Positions 1 through 13,325 of a stretch of DNA of 64,000 nucleotides are shown piece after piece (position 1 is the stretch's first letter; each line of letters starts with the position of its first letter). The DNA lies in assembly GCF_018350175.1 (NCBI RefSeq), contig NC_058369.1, positions 25,918,001 through 25,982,000 of the forward strand, in the 5' to 3' direction. The notes under the pieces were generated by a model. That model ran no database searches. It was not told where the DNA came from and saw only the letters and a list, made by a program, of their open reading frames with translations. Origin of the DNA: Felis catus. Lineage: Eukaryota. A program made the translations under genes and the position numbers.

Positions 1-1109
1 GATAAAAGATAATGATAGATTCGAGTATGAAGGTAAAGAAGATGTCTATTGATAAGGATGTCAAGAGAAGCTAACCAGTGATTAGAGTAGGAGATGCCTG
101 ATTCTCAAAGTTGAGATGATGAGAGTGAGATGGGTTGAAATGAGAAGGAAAAGAGGCTTTCACAGTCAGAGTGGTACTAACTCATGTCCTCTTTCACAGG
201 TTTCAGTGCTTTCCCACCTTCCAGATAGTCATCATATTGTGATATATTTTTAACACCTGAACTTCCAAAGTCTATTTAGTAGTTTTGAAAAATCCAGAGA
301 TATAATTGAAAGATGTTATCCAGATTTAGAAGTTAGCTCTCTGAGTCAAAATAGATAAAGATTATTGTAAGAAAAGAGCTGAAGCTTTTCTCTACTGTTA
401 GATTTTGATTCTCTTTACTCTTAAAGAAAACCAAAACAAATTATGTTTGACCTGAACAAAACCATTTTCCAAGCTCTTATTTTAAAATATGCATGACATT
501 GATTTTAATCATTTGGGCAGAGATAAGCAGTGTAATATTTTGAGAGTATAGAAAGTACAGATTAAATGGCTCAAATGCAAGGTTATTTGTGAAATGAAAG
601 TACAAAAATGGAAATGTTGCATTAGTTTCTTAAATTTGGGGGCATTATTTTGTGGTAGTCTTCAAATATTTATCTTTTGCCTCTTAAGAAGAATAACTTT
701 GAAGAGGGACTGTTAGAGAATTGTTATTTGACAATTAATTCAGTAAGAACAAATAATAAAATTTAAAAATTATTTATAGGTATTTATTAAATGTCATGGA
801 GAAAGGTATATTTTAAAAGAGAAGCTTTTTAAAGCAATATATGTCTATGGTTTTCTTGAGCTCTTTGGATAGAAACTGCACCTTTAAAAGCTAACCAGTC
901 AGGGTACAAATTAATGAATATAATTATAATTTTCAGTCATTTAGCTTTATTAACTCTAAAATATGTCTGCTATTAATATTAAAAATATATTAAACTTTTA
1001 TGAATCTTAGAGTTACTCATGTCAATACATTTCAGTTTTCCTACCTTTGCTGTTGTTATTCAAAAACAGCAACAAACTATATCCTTAAAGGTGTTTCTTT
1101 CTTTATTAG

Positions 1110-1172
1110 AGCACTTGCTTTCAAAGAGTGGCGGGGACTGCACTTTTATTCATCAATTCATAGAATGCCAGA
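1110..1172 (+). CDS. SLMAP: SLMAP internal coding exon, 63 nt, phase 1-1: (E)HLLSKSGGDCTFIHQFIECQ
   Basis: Acceptor tttctttctttattag|, donor |gtgagt. Translation matches mammalian SLMAP as recalled and joins the 13266 exon in frame. Confidence 0.93.
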
Positions 1173-3499
1173 GTGAGTACAGAGTATTTTTCACATTGAT
1201 TTTAATGAAGTCAGGGGCTAACATTGAAAAATGAGAAGAAAAATGAAGATCTCAATGTGTTTGTTATGGTAGAAGGTGCACAGAGGGCCATCTTCAGACA
1301 GCAGCGATACTTCTCATACTGTTCGGCTTCTCTTTTAGAGAAAAATATTTTTGTGGCATTTGCCTTCAAAGATGGATTTCATATTGCCCACAAAAAAGAG
1401 GAAATTTAAAACTTTTAAATAAAAAATTGTTGTTGAGCAGGGAATGAAATAGAATGTCAAGCACCTAAACGTTCTGTGTGGACACTTAAGAGATCGTAAT
1501 AACATTAGCCTGTTTTATTTACATTCTAGTTCTATCACAGATTTGGAATTGGATTTCTTAAGTAAATTTCTTAAATGATTAAATGAAGCCATGAAAACAG
1601 TGATTTAGTTTGGGTACTCAGATCTGAAGATGACCCTTAAGGTAGCAGGAGCTTTCTAGGGAAGGAATAGGAATAGATTGTCCTACATTCTGACATCAAC
1701 CACCTACCCTTGGGAAGCCTATCGTTAATAATACTTTAAAGATAGATAGGTTAGCTTTTGAGGTGATTTAGACCTCTGCTGAATTCTGAGCGAGAGTATC
1801 ATGAATCTCCTCATACTTGAAAATCATGTGGCTGCTTAAATCATGAGGTTGTGATACTCTCTTGGTCCTCTTGGTGACAATTAAAGGTCACTATGTGTAA
1901 TAAAGATTTACTGATGATATCTACACTTTTTCCTACCAGACACACAACTTTGTTGTTTTTCCTCTCCCTGTTTGGTCTCTTTTTGAAATGAGTGACTTTC
2001 TGTGTTTTTATGCTAATGAATTCATTCTGTGGATATGCAAGCGTATGTGATCTTTCCCCTTCCTTCTCACCCCCCCCCCCCCCATCTCAGGGGCACTTGG
2101 GGGTTGTCAGGGTCACACCTGGTAATTATAGCAGGCACAAACTCAATAGATCCAGTGTTATATACTCCTTAGAGATGCCTTAAGGAAACCTGGAATTTCA
2201 TTTAGTAGTTTTAGAAGAGCTTCTATTTTTGTCCATTTTATGTTGAATATAAGTTTAATATTATTTTGGGGAAAATTAATGAATAAATATGGCATATTCC
2301 TTTGTCCTTTAAATTTTTCTCATAAAGCAAAGATTAGTTCATGTTTTTGTTATCTTCTGATTACTAAATTTCACTTTTATGGGAAATTGACATGGGGATT
2401 TGGGGCAAAATAATTGGTATCCACTGAAACCAACTAAAAGCAGAATATAAAATTTAAAATATAAATCTTTAGGGGAAGGATCTTATACTTTGTTTTATTA
2501 CATGTGACCATTGTTTAATAAGTTAATTTTATTTTAAACTTTTGGGCTTGTATTTTGAGCCCAAAGAAACAAGAACAGAGAACTATCCAAAAAGAAAGTT
2601 TATTACTAAGTTACAATTTGCAAAAATCATTTAAAATATTATAAAATGTGTACATAAAATATTTAGCTGTAGTTGTAACACAGAACGATGTTTGTTTTAC
2701 ATTAAGAAAAAGATGTTTGGAGATTTTTATTGTATCATAGATACGGGGGGCAAATGGACCAGTAAACATTCAAGATAGAGTAGAAGTTATAAGTTACAGC
2801 AATCCCCTCAATAAGGATATTAGCCAATTAAATTATGTTTACAAGGACTATGCAGTGGCATGGGAAAATGTTAGATGTGGTATAGAGAGGGAGAAATGAG
2901 AATATAAAATGCTTTCCTTGTGGGCAAAGAAATAATGAACCAAAGAACAAAAAATAAAATACAAGTATTCCTAGATGTCTGAATCCATTGGGTCCCTAAG
3001 TGCAAACAGTGGAAGTTTAGGCTGTAAATTCATGTATATCCCTAGGGATATAGCTGGGGGTATCGTCCATTATCTGAATCTGCCTAGTTCCTGAGTTTTG
3101 GTAGCAAGTAGCAAGAGTTTGGTTAATGAGGATACCGTTGTATCTCAGAAATTTCCAATATGTTGGCTCCTTAAATTTGGATACTCAGAGTTGGCATAGT
3201 AAGAGTTAACTTTGAGTTGATTTGTTGTCAGAAGGGGTATTTTCATTATTTTATGACAAGCTGCTGGTATAGAAATTGTGGTGTTTAATTAGTATTATGG
3301 CAAGCAAGGCACATACAACTAAAATCTTACTCAGGTGAACTTCCAAAATAATTTTGGATTATTTTTTGATAATCTCACACAAACTTTTTTTTGCCATTAT
3401 TTTAATTGATAGACATCTTGAACTGATTTATGATCCTGAACATGAAGTTTATATTCTGTGAGCAGTGACACCTCATAGTCTTATTTTCCTGTCTTTTAT

Positions 3500-3615
3500 T
3501 TACTTTTTAAAGATTTTTTAGTTTTAAGTAATCTCCACACCCAACATGGGGCTCGGATTTACAACCCTGAGATCAAGAGTCACATGCTCTACTGACTGAG
3601 CCAGCCAGGCACCCC
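3500..3615 (-). mobile_element. Short (older-type) Can-SINE
   Basis: Reverse complement of GGGGTGCCTGGCTGGCTCAGTCAGTAGAGCATGTGACTCTTGATCTC...; A-rich tail. Confidence 0.85.
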
Positions 3616-4224
3616 TTATTTCCGGTCTTTTAAAAAGCAGATGTTAAGTACCTAGATTTCATTGTTTACTGTGCTTGTTGTATAGTCCAAATTCACCTTG
3701 TGAATTCTAAATTTAAAATTAGAAAGCAAATAATTCACTTCTGTAGGATTCCTCATGTCTTTTTAATATATTAACAGAGTTTTTCAGTTTATGTATATGA
3801 ACCCATAAGAGAATGATTTAGTTGTTGGCTGTCTCCATTTACAAGGTGATTTTGATGAAATTAAATGAGTTGGAACACATTTCAGTTTGTTTTCCTTTTA
3901 TGGTAAAGGAGACTGTGTTTCTTTTAATTCTCTTTTAGGAGAAAAGCTTTTAATCCCATGCAAAGAGATTGGATTTTGAACAGATTTAAATATAACCTTT
4001 GTGTAATTCCAGGACTGTGAAGTAATTTTCTGTGTAAAAATATACCATGTAAAATCTAGAATTAACAAGTAACTTTAATAAAATTTGTTAAAAAGCTCTA
4101 GCAATATTTTCTTCTGAAGGAATTCAGGCAAGAAGTTTGATTTGAGCAGAATTCCACATTCCTTGTTCCCTCTGCAAATTTTAGTTACTCAAGGTTTACA
4201 GTGTAAACTTAACAAATAAGTTGA

Positions 4225-4441
4225 GGGGCACCTGGGTGGCTCATTCAACGAAGCGTCTGTTGGCTTTGGCTTAGGTCATGATCTCTTGGTTTTGTGAGTT
4301 CGAGCCCCACATAGGGCTCTCTGCTAACAGAGAGGAGCCAGCTTGGGATTCTCTTTCTCCCTCTTTCTCTTCCCCTTCCCCGCTCACTCTATCTCTTTCT
4401 CTCTCAAAAATAAATGAATAAACTTTAAAAAAAAGAAAAAG
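4225..4441 (+). mobile_element. Can-SINE (SINEC)
   Basis: GGGGCACCTGGGTGGCTCA head, CT-rich linker, A tail; TSD acaaataagttga/acaaatacattga. Confidence 0.9.
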
Positions 4442-5331
4442 ACAAATACATTGAGACTGTTGTGTTTGATAAATGTGCTTTCTGAGTTAACAAATTATGC
4501 ACCTTGTATCTGTTTCATATGTGTCCTATGAACTCTGTCATTTGATTAATGCGTATGCTGAGTGCAAAGATAAAGGGTAAAAGGTGGAGAACCTCAGGAC
4601 ATGGAGACTCACTTCATGGGCATAGAGTGAAAGACAGCTTTCTCCAGACTACTGCCTGTACTTTCTTCTGCTACTGTTTGTCTGGGTGAGGGCAGAGGCA
4701 TCATGGCTGTGTTCCAGAGAAAATTTCTTCTGTGGTCCGCTTTGTACATACAAACTGCCCTCTCCCCAAGTGGCATCTTGCTTTTAATGACTGAGTTAAC
4801 AAGTGCCTTGAAATAAACTTAATGTCTTTGTATTCTTAATCTATGGTTACTATGAGACTTAATGGTTTTTATTATTAGAAGCAGAAGTCTAATTCTCTTA
4901 ATATTTTGTGTCTTATGTAAGTTTTTTGCCCGATTTAAGAAAAATTCTCTCCCTGCTTCCCACCCCCCTTTTGAAATTATAGTCACTGTCTGTGTATGTT
5001 TGTCTCATTCTCTTCTTTCTCTTAGGGCTTTGCTCTCATATAAAAATTGCCTTATTTGGAGTAATGCATTGAATCAGTGTTGCTCCGTGACTGTTTACTT
5101 TTCATCACTCTATGAGATCAGCGTCTCTGAACAATCTCAGGGTTATTCTGATTACATATTCCACTTAAAACAGATTTTTAAATTTTCATTTTTTAAACTT
5201 TTATTTCCCTAAGCCAAAGTAGATTAGTTAGGACAAAGAGTAGAATACACTTGGTGTGGTTCCCTGCTCATAGTAGTTTATGTCCCCATTATAGGAAGAT
5301 TCTTAATTTAAACTAGATGTTGCTAAATTTC

Positions 5332-5556
5332 TTTTTTTTTTTTTTTTTTTAATTTGAGAGAGAGCACGTGCATGAGCAGAGGAGGTGCTTGGGAGGGGGT
5401 GGGGGGCGGGGTGGAGAAAGAAAGAGAAAGAATTTTAAGCAGGTTCCATGTTCACCACGGAGCCTGACATGGGGTTTGATCTGACGACCCTGGCATCATG
5501 ACCTGAGCTGAAATCAAGAGTCATACGTTTAACCAACTGAGTAACCCAGGCACCCC
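5332..5556 (-). mobile_element. Can-SINE
   Basis: Poly-T, (GA)n, ends CCCAGGCACCCC. Confidence 0.9.
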
Positions 5557-6916
5557 ACTTATTTTTTATTTCTTTGTATTTAGAGTTGACCAATCTAGGA
5601 TATATTGGAGGGTTTTTGTTTGTTGTTTATTTGTGCCAATCATGTTCCCAGTCAGCTAACTTTCCAACATTTGTACCAGATTTTCTCCCAGTATAACTGC
5701 GTAGCAGATAGTCTTAAATTTATGCCAACAGTGTTTTGATATGTAGATTGCTTCTTTCTTAAAAAACTGTCTGTATTCTTTAAATTGGTTCATTTTATTT
5801 AGCTTTCAATCTATGAATTCTCAACTTTTTTCTCTTTTGTTCTTTATTCTCAGGTTTTAGGACAAGTAGCTTCTGGAACTGTTTTTATGAAAAAGCAGAC
5901 TATCTTCTATAGCAGGAATTGCTTTAATTAATTTTATTTTGCTGCAAAAACTAATACTTTTGTAAAAGTCTGTCCTATTAAGGTTAGGCCTCCCCTGCTT
6001 TAGGTTCTAAAGCTTTTTTTCTATTTTGTGAACTGCTACTCTGTGAAGGAAATAAATTGTGGGTTTGATGTTGAATGCTGATTGTTCATTTTTACTTTGT
6101 TATGTTTGATGTTAATTCTAATGTCAGTTTCTTTGCTGATGTCCCTTTAATGACTTTCTAGGTGACCTGTAGTTCATTTTCATTTATGATATTTAGAATT
6201 GGATCAGAGGATCTTAGATGTGAATTCTGTTTTGGTTCCTCTTTGGCAGTATGAATGGGCGGTATAACTTCTTTAAACCTCAATTTCCTCACTTACAGAA
6301 TGGGATGGTAGTTCCTACTTCATAGGATTATTATGAGAATTAAATGAGATCATATTTACTAGTACTCTTAGTAATGCCAGCCACACAGAAATATATGCTA
6401 ACTAATAGGTAGAAAACTTCTGGTGGGGAGATTGGAAAGAGTGTTAGTGGGAGTTTTCTTGCAGGAGTAACTTTTTTCCCCTTTTTATTCCCAGTCACAA
6501 GACAATGAAAGCTGATTGAGCTAGTTTTATTGTTCTTGTTAAAATCATATGTTCCTGACAATCTAAAGATTCTCTAACTTTTTAATTACTAGTACACATG
6601 CCGTTTAGAAAGTGTGGTCTCTAGCACATTATTTTGATACCCAAGTGATAACATTATTTTTTGAATGAAACGTAACTTTCAGACTTAAATATATTTTCCA
6701 GGTCGGCAGTTACAAATAGCTGATATGTAGTTCTTTTATATTGATCTGCTTTTCTCTTCTGTCACTTAAGATCCCTAGGCAGCTGACAGCAGTATCTGAA
6801 TAGTGCCGTTTGAGTTTATATTCTGCTTTTAGTTGGTTGTAGCTGTGATGTGAGGAAAATGGCTCTTCAGCTTGAAGAATTTGATCCAGTCTAGGCACAC
6901 CTGTGCTCCCTTTGCA

Positions 6917-7125
6917 CTTTTTTTTTAAATGTTTATTCATTTTTGTGAGAGTGAGAGAGCGTGAATGGAGGAGGTACAGAGAGAGAGGAAGACACAGAAT
7001 CCTAAGCAGACTCTAGGCTCTGAGCTGTCAGCACAGAGTCTGACATGGAGTGTGAACCCACGAACCACAATCATGACCTGAGCTGTAGTCAGACGCTTAA
7101 CCGACCGAACCACTCAAGTGACCCC
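6917..7125 (-). mobile_element. Can-SINE
   Basis: Typical antisense body; TSD ctttgcactt. Confidence 0.9.
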
Positions 7126-7369
7126 TTTGCACTTCTTTTGAATGCATTGTTTTTTATTTTTATTTTGTGCCACATAGTAATATAGTTAGTACATAATTTA
7201 CATTTATCACCCATAAGAAATAAATTTGGTTCTGTTCTAATCAGTTTTTTACCAGATCTGACAGTTTCTGCAATGCCATCATATGTTTTTCGATTAAATT
7301 AAATGCTTAGGTGATAGTTCTCCAATGTCAGACTTACTATGCCCATTAGTTATGCTCTTTGGTAGGTTC

Positions 7370-8050
7370 CCTACAGAAATGCCTACCCATGCATGTCAGA
7401 TACAAATGCAAAAATATTCACAGCAGCATCATTCACAGTTCAAAATTAGAAATAACCCAAAAGATCTTCAGCAGTCAAATGGAGAAATATACACTGGGTA
7501 TATTTGATGAAAGATGCCTGACACAAAAGAATACATACTGTAGTATTACATTTATGTGAAGGTCAAAACACTAAAATTATAGTGTATTATTTAGACATGC
7601 ATATCTGGGTAGTGTGGCTATAAAGAAATGCAAGAAATTAAATACCACAAAGTCGGGACAGTGGTTACCTTTATGGGGTTTTTATTGGAAAGGGAAACAT
7701 GGGAAGCTTTAGGGGGTTGTGGTTAGGGTCTTTTCTTTGTTTTATTTTTTCTTTATTTGAGACAGAGAGAGAGAGGGAGGGAGAAAGTCAGCAGGGGAGG
7801 GGCAGAGGGAAAGAAAGAGAGAATCTGGAGCAGGTTCCATGCTCAGCATAATCCCAGAACCCTGGGATCATGACCCTAGCTGAAACCAAGAGTCAGACGC
7901 TCCCAGGCGCCCTGTGGTTAGGTTATGTTTCTTGATTTGAGCTGTAGTCATACAGACATTTGCTTTAAAAAAAAATTATTAACCTGTACTTTTGTGTTTT
8001 GTGTCCCTCTCTGTATGTTATTTGTCACAATAAATAAGTATGGTTTTAAA
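7370..8050 (+). mobile_element. Old L1M 3' fragment interrupted by an antisense Can-SINE (~7730-7912)
   Basis: L1-like text (acacaaaagaatacatactgtagtattacatttatgtgaaggtcaaaac); SINE TSD gtggttagg. Confidence 0.7.
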
Positions 8051-8310
8051 AGAGGGGAAAAGAATAATTATCTCCCTAGAGTGTCCCTCAAAAAGAGGGA
8101 GTTTTTAAAAAGAAAGAAAATCCTGTACTTTATCTATCAGTTGTGCCAGGCCAAAGAGTTCTTTCAAGGCCTGCATTTATCATTATATGGAGGCTCTTGT
8201 CTGAGTCTCTGAGTAGCCTCTGACTTTTAGTGCTCCCAAAGAATTGAAGTGTTCACTCCAAGTTTGAGAACCAGTGGTTAGAAGCTTTTTTTAAAACAGT
8301 GTTCTTTTCA

Positions 8311-8475
8311 GGGTGCCTGAGTAGCTAAGTTGGTTGAGCATCCTACGCTTGATTTCAGCCCAGATCATGATCTGGGATTGAGCCCTGCGTGGTTGAGTGG
8401 GATTGAGCCTCACATTGCTCAGTGCGAAGCCTGCTTAGGATTCTCTCTCCCTCTCTCTATCTCTTTGCCCCTTCC

Positions 8476-8512
<37 letters not shown>

Positions 8513-8536
8513 AAATAAACATTAAAAAAAATAAAA
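8311..8536 (+). mobile_element. Can-SINE
   Basis: GGGTGCCTGAGTAGCT head, (CT)n, AATAAATAAAC tail. Confidence 0.88.
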
Positions 8537-9129
8537 CAGTATCCCTTTCCTCAATTGTTTGATTATAGGCCACTAATGACTCATCAGATTTGATCATCTA
8601 ATCTTAAATATTTCAATAGTGACAATAGCAGCAGATAATTATTATTTAGCACTTAGATACTAGTACTATGCAAAACTTTTTGCATATTTAATTCTTAGTT
8701 TTTTAGAATGATGAAAACATTCAAATAATTTTTCCAAGTTTGATCCCTTTAAAAATAGATATTCTTATTAAGCATCTATTATGTATATACCAGGCATTAT
8801 TTTAGCTGTAGGGGGTACAGAAATGAACAAGACAAAGAAAGATTTGCCTTCATGGAGTTTACAGTCTCTGGAGGAGACAAAAACTAATAAACTAATAACA
8901 TGTCAAGTAGTGATACGTCCACTGAAGAAAAATAAAAGAATGTAAGACAATAGGTAGCAACAAAGGTAACATAGGGAATTTGAACAGATTTGGGACTAAG
9001 CTAAGTGAGGAGTACATGTATCTGGGGAAAGAGTGTGTGAGAGAGAAACTGTGTGAAAACTAGAACTGGTCTGAAACTGCACTTTTAGAACAATAAAAAT
9101 GTTTTCTTTCTTTTCTTTTCTTTTTTTTA

Positions 9130-9332
9130 AATAAAGGGCCAGGTAGTAAATATTTTAGGCTTTGCAGGCTATAAATTCTCAGTTGCAACTACTAAACTCT
9201 GCCATTTTAGTGGAAAGCAGCCTAGGACAGTATGTACACGAATACATTCGGCTTTGTTCCTCTAAAACTTTATTTACCCAACAGGCAGCAGGCTGTTTTT
9301 GGCCCTGTGGGGCTTTAGTTGGCTGACCCCTG
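9130..9332 (+). mobile_element. MER58-like hAT-Charlie MITE
   Basis: aaagggccaggtagtaaatattttaggctttgcagg...gctgacccctg resembles the MER58A consensus as recalled. Confidence 0.75.
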
Positions 9333-9416
9333 AGCTAGATAATATAGACTTTGTAAGGCATGGTAGGGACTTCAGATTTTTTCCTAAAGGTGAGCATTTT
9401 GAGTAATAAATTACCC

Positions 9417-9641
9417 TTTTTTAAAAAAATTTCTTTCATGTTTATTTATTCTTGAGAGAGACAGAGACAGAGTGTGGGGGGGGGGGGGTGTCAGAGAGAG
9501 AGCGAGACACAGAATCTGAAGCAGGCTCCAGGCTGTGAGCTGTCAGCACAGAGCCCGACGCAGGGCTTGAACCCACAAACTGTGAGATCATGACCTGAGC
9601 CAAAGTCGGGCGCTTAACCTACTCAGCCACCCAGGTGCCCC
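9417..9641 (-). mobile_element. Can-SINE
   Basis: TSD gagtaataaattac on both sides. Confidence 0.92.
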
Positions 9642-11159
9642 GAGTAATAAATTACTCTTAATGTATGTTTATAATTTTTTAAACAAGGTGCTACTTAGAT
9701 CTTCAACATACTAGAGAAAGATTGGAATGCCTTTCAAAGTCTGCATTTATATTATTTTATTATTTTGCTGTATTCATGTAACAACATTTGTGGAACCTGT
9801 TTTATATGTAAGAATTGTGTTGGGAATTAAATTATTGATGAGATAACTTCCTGCTGTCACTAGACTCTAAATTCCTATATTTATCACATTTACCTTGGTA
9901 ATCCATGAGAAGTACTTAGTATTGCACCTGGCAGACGGTAAATATTTGAAGGAATGAGTGTATTTCTCAAAGAGTTCATAGTATGTTGGGAAAGGTAGAC
10001 ATCAATAGATACCTGCAGTATAGCTTATTAGAGATGTGAATGATGGGCTATGGATGAGGAGAGGAGAGATACCAAATCAATCCAAGAGAAAGGAAGGGAA
10101 AATAAATTCCATTTTAAACATGGTGAGATTAAGTTCTCATGGGGTCACTAGGTGAAGATGTTTGGGAAGTAGTTAGACAAACATGTTCTGAGACCTACGA
10201 GAGAGTTAGACTAGGCATCAACATTTAGAAGTTATGCAAATATAGCAGGTAGTTAATGCTATTTAAAGTGAATTTGTTGTTGACAGAGATCTTGAAGATT
10301 AATTAACACCTTTTTTTTTCCTGGTAGAACTAAAAAAATTTTTCATTCCATAAATATAGACAATGCTGCATTGAAAATCTGTACAATTGTCTCTTTCCAG
10401 GGTAATACATAAAATAGGGGCTGTGGGATCAAAGGACATGTCTTTTCAACATTTGCATAGGTGCTGTCAAAATTGCCCTCTAAAAATAAAATGATACCAA
10501 TTTACACTCCCGCCAGAAGGACACAAGATTACTCTTTTACGTACCCCTCCTGGTACTGAATGTTTGCTGAACTGATAAGTGCATAAGGCCATGGCGTTGT
10601 TTCAGTGGGTAGACCCTGAACTCCACATGTTTACTAGACATTTGCTTTTCTTGGCCTGTGAATTCAATGTTGTTATTCTTTGCCCCTTTTCTGTTGTGGT
10701 GTTTGACTTTTCTTATTCGTTTTTGAAGTGCCTCACATTTTCGCTTGCCATCCCCATACTCCCTTTCCTTCTTCCATGCTTCATTTTTCTACATTGCCTC
10801 CATCTGACATACTGTTTGTTTATTTCTTTATCCTCTCTCCCTCCTCACCCCATTAGAATGTATGAACCAGAAAGGCAGGGATCTTGTCATTTGTTCATTC
10901 TGATGTTTCCAGCACATAAGACAGTATCTGGCACATAGTAGGTAGCCCCTAATTAATTGTTCAATGAATGAATGAATGAATAATAACCTTTTATCTGTTA
11001 ATTTTTCAGATATTTTCTCTATGTCTGTCACTGGCCCATTAGCTGTGTTTTAGTGAGTGGTCGGTCATACAGAAAATTTTAATTTGTATGAGGGCAGATC
11101 TGTCTGTCCTTTCACATATGGTTTTGTGTTCTGCATTATTATGCTTAAGGTCATTTTTT

Positions 11160-11545
11160 TTTTAACCTTTGAACCCCTTCACCCATTCCTTTCACCCCCA
11201 CCCCTCCTACCTTGCAACAACCAATCTGTTCTCTTATCTATGAGATTGTGTGTGTGTTTTTTTTTTAATTCCACATGTAAGTGAGATCATATGGTATTTA
11301 TCTTTCTCTGTCTTTTACTTAGTATAATACCCTCAAGGTCCATCCATATTATCCCAAAAGGCAAGATTTCATTTTTTTAATGGCTAAGTAATATTCCATT
11401 GTGTGTGTTTGTGTATACACATACACACCACATTTTCTTTATCCATTCATGCATCAGTGGACACTTAGGTTGTTTCCATACTTGGCTATTGTAAATAATG
11501 CTGCAATGAACACGGGGGTGCATATATCTTTTTGAGTTAGTGTTG
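11160..11545 (-). mobile_element. L1MA-like 3' end fragment
   Basis: ttccacatgtaagtgagatcatatggtattt...ggacacttaggttgtttccat is the typical antisense L1 3' end. Confidence 0.85.
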
Positions 11546-11788
11546 GAAGAGAAAGTAGAGGGAATATTCCAGAAAATATAACAAAAAAGACATGAGCTGG
11601 TTTGAGGTTTTATTTAAGAAACAAAGGAGGAAGATCTAACATCTGAATAATAAGATTTCCAGAGTGTAGGAAGGGAGAGAGTGGGAGAAGAGAAATGAAA
11701 CAGAATTTGTTAGAATAGAAGGTAATTTCCCAGAATGGAAGATAGGAGCTTCTAAACTGAAAGGATGCACTGAATGCTCAACATGGTA

Positions 11789-12235
11789 TTTTTTTTTAAG
11801 TGTTTATTTCTTTATTTTGAGAGAGAGGAGAGAGAGAGAATCCCAAGCAGTCTCTGTGCTGTCAGCGCAGAGCCCCGCATGGGGCTTGATCTCATGAGTG
11901 GTGAGATCATGACTTGAACTGATATCAAGAGCCAGACACTTAACCAACTGAGCCACCTGTGAACCCTAACACAATATTATTGTATTGTATTGTATTGTAT
12001 TGTATTGTATTGTATTGTATTGTATTTTAATGTTTATTCATTTTTGAGAGAGAGCGAGTGAGCACGAGCTGGGGAGAGGGGCCAAGAGAGAAAGGGACAA
12101 TGAGAGAATCTCAAGCAGGTTCCATACTCAGCACAGAGCCTGATGTGGGGCTCGACCCCATGACTGAGGGATCATGACCTGAGACAAAATAAAGAATTGG
12201 ACGCTTAGTGGACTGGACTGAACCACCCAGGCGCT
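11789..12235 (-). mobile_element. Two tandem antisense Can-SINEs separated by a (TATTG)n microsatellite (~11977-12025)
   Basis: Two SINE bodies; pentanucleotide repeat at the tail of the second. Confidence 0.88.
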
Positions 12236-13265
12236 CAAAACGTTGTTCCTTCTTCAAAAACAATGTTATGCTTCTAGGAAGTGAAATTCAAGAATAGAGT
12301 AGAGTAGGACAGAAGATGGGTAGGACAGCTTACATTATACATCTTGTAGGACTACCTTTTTAAAAATTATCCAAATCTATTACTTAGACTTAAAGAAAAT
12401 TTTTTTAAGGAGGCAGGGGCAAATAGTACCACATACTGCAAGGAGCCTGTGCAAAATGAAAATTATTAAAAGGAGCCATGGGCTTTGGAGGTTATAGTAA
12501 TCTTGGAGCAGTTTCATTGGTTGGATGGTGGGTATAGAGTCCAAGCTACATTGGATTTGAAGAGTGAAGGAATAGAGAAATGACTTCATATACTGCAAAC
12601 GTGTAAATTCAAGGAGACCAGCTGGCATACAGGATTAAATAAGGGGATAATTAGAATAGATACCATTCTCAGTGAAGCATAGAATATGAAAATCTGGATT
12701 TAAATAAATTATGAAGAAGCTGTATATTATACATTTACAGAGAATCACCTATAGAAAGAAACGAACAAAACAATATTTGTTTTAATATCTTTAAATATTT
12801 GGCTCTTCTAAAATGATTCATTTTACTGAAGCATGTCATATATGCATCTGTGCTGAATTGTATCAATTGGGAAACTATTGGCATAACCTAATTTGTATTC
12901 TTTATTTAAATACATACTTTCTCAGAATTCCTTTATTTCAACTTCATATCCTTGATTTAAAGAGGGTTTATTTGTTATGAATCCTTTTTAAAACGGTCTA
13001 GGCTTTTTGACTAAGGTAAAAACTAATGAAAATAAAAGACAAATTGTCCCCCTGCCCCCAGATTTCTGCATTAATCTGATTGTGCTGTTATAATTATAGT
13101 TCGAGTTTTCTTAGTTCTCCTTCCAGCTTCAAGTTTTTGTACAAGCCTAGTCATGGGAGTAATATTATCATCTTTAAATTTGGTCATGGAATGTGTTACA
13201 CTGCCCCGCTCAGGGAAATGCTACTCGGTTTGGGCTTGGATAGTAACGTTTATTTTCTTTGGCAG

Positions 13266-13325
13266 AGAAGCTGATCGTCGAGGGGCATCTAACCAAAGTG
13301 GTAGAAGAAACAAAGCTTTCAAAAG
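13266..13325 (+). CDS. SLMAP: SLMAP internal coding exon, 60 nt, phase 1-1: KKLIVEGHLTKVVEETKLSK
   Basis: Acceptor ttttctttggcag|, donor aag|gtttgt; in frame with flanking exons. Confidence 0.93.

Noticed and set aside
5825..5870. Strong-looking acceptor ttctttattctcag at 5853
   Set aside because: No convincing donor nearby; such pseudo-acceptors are common in AT-rich introns.
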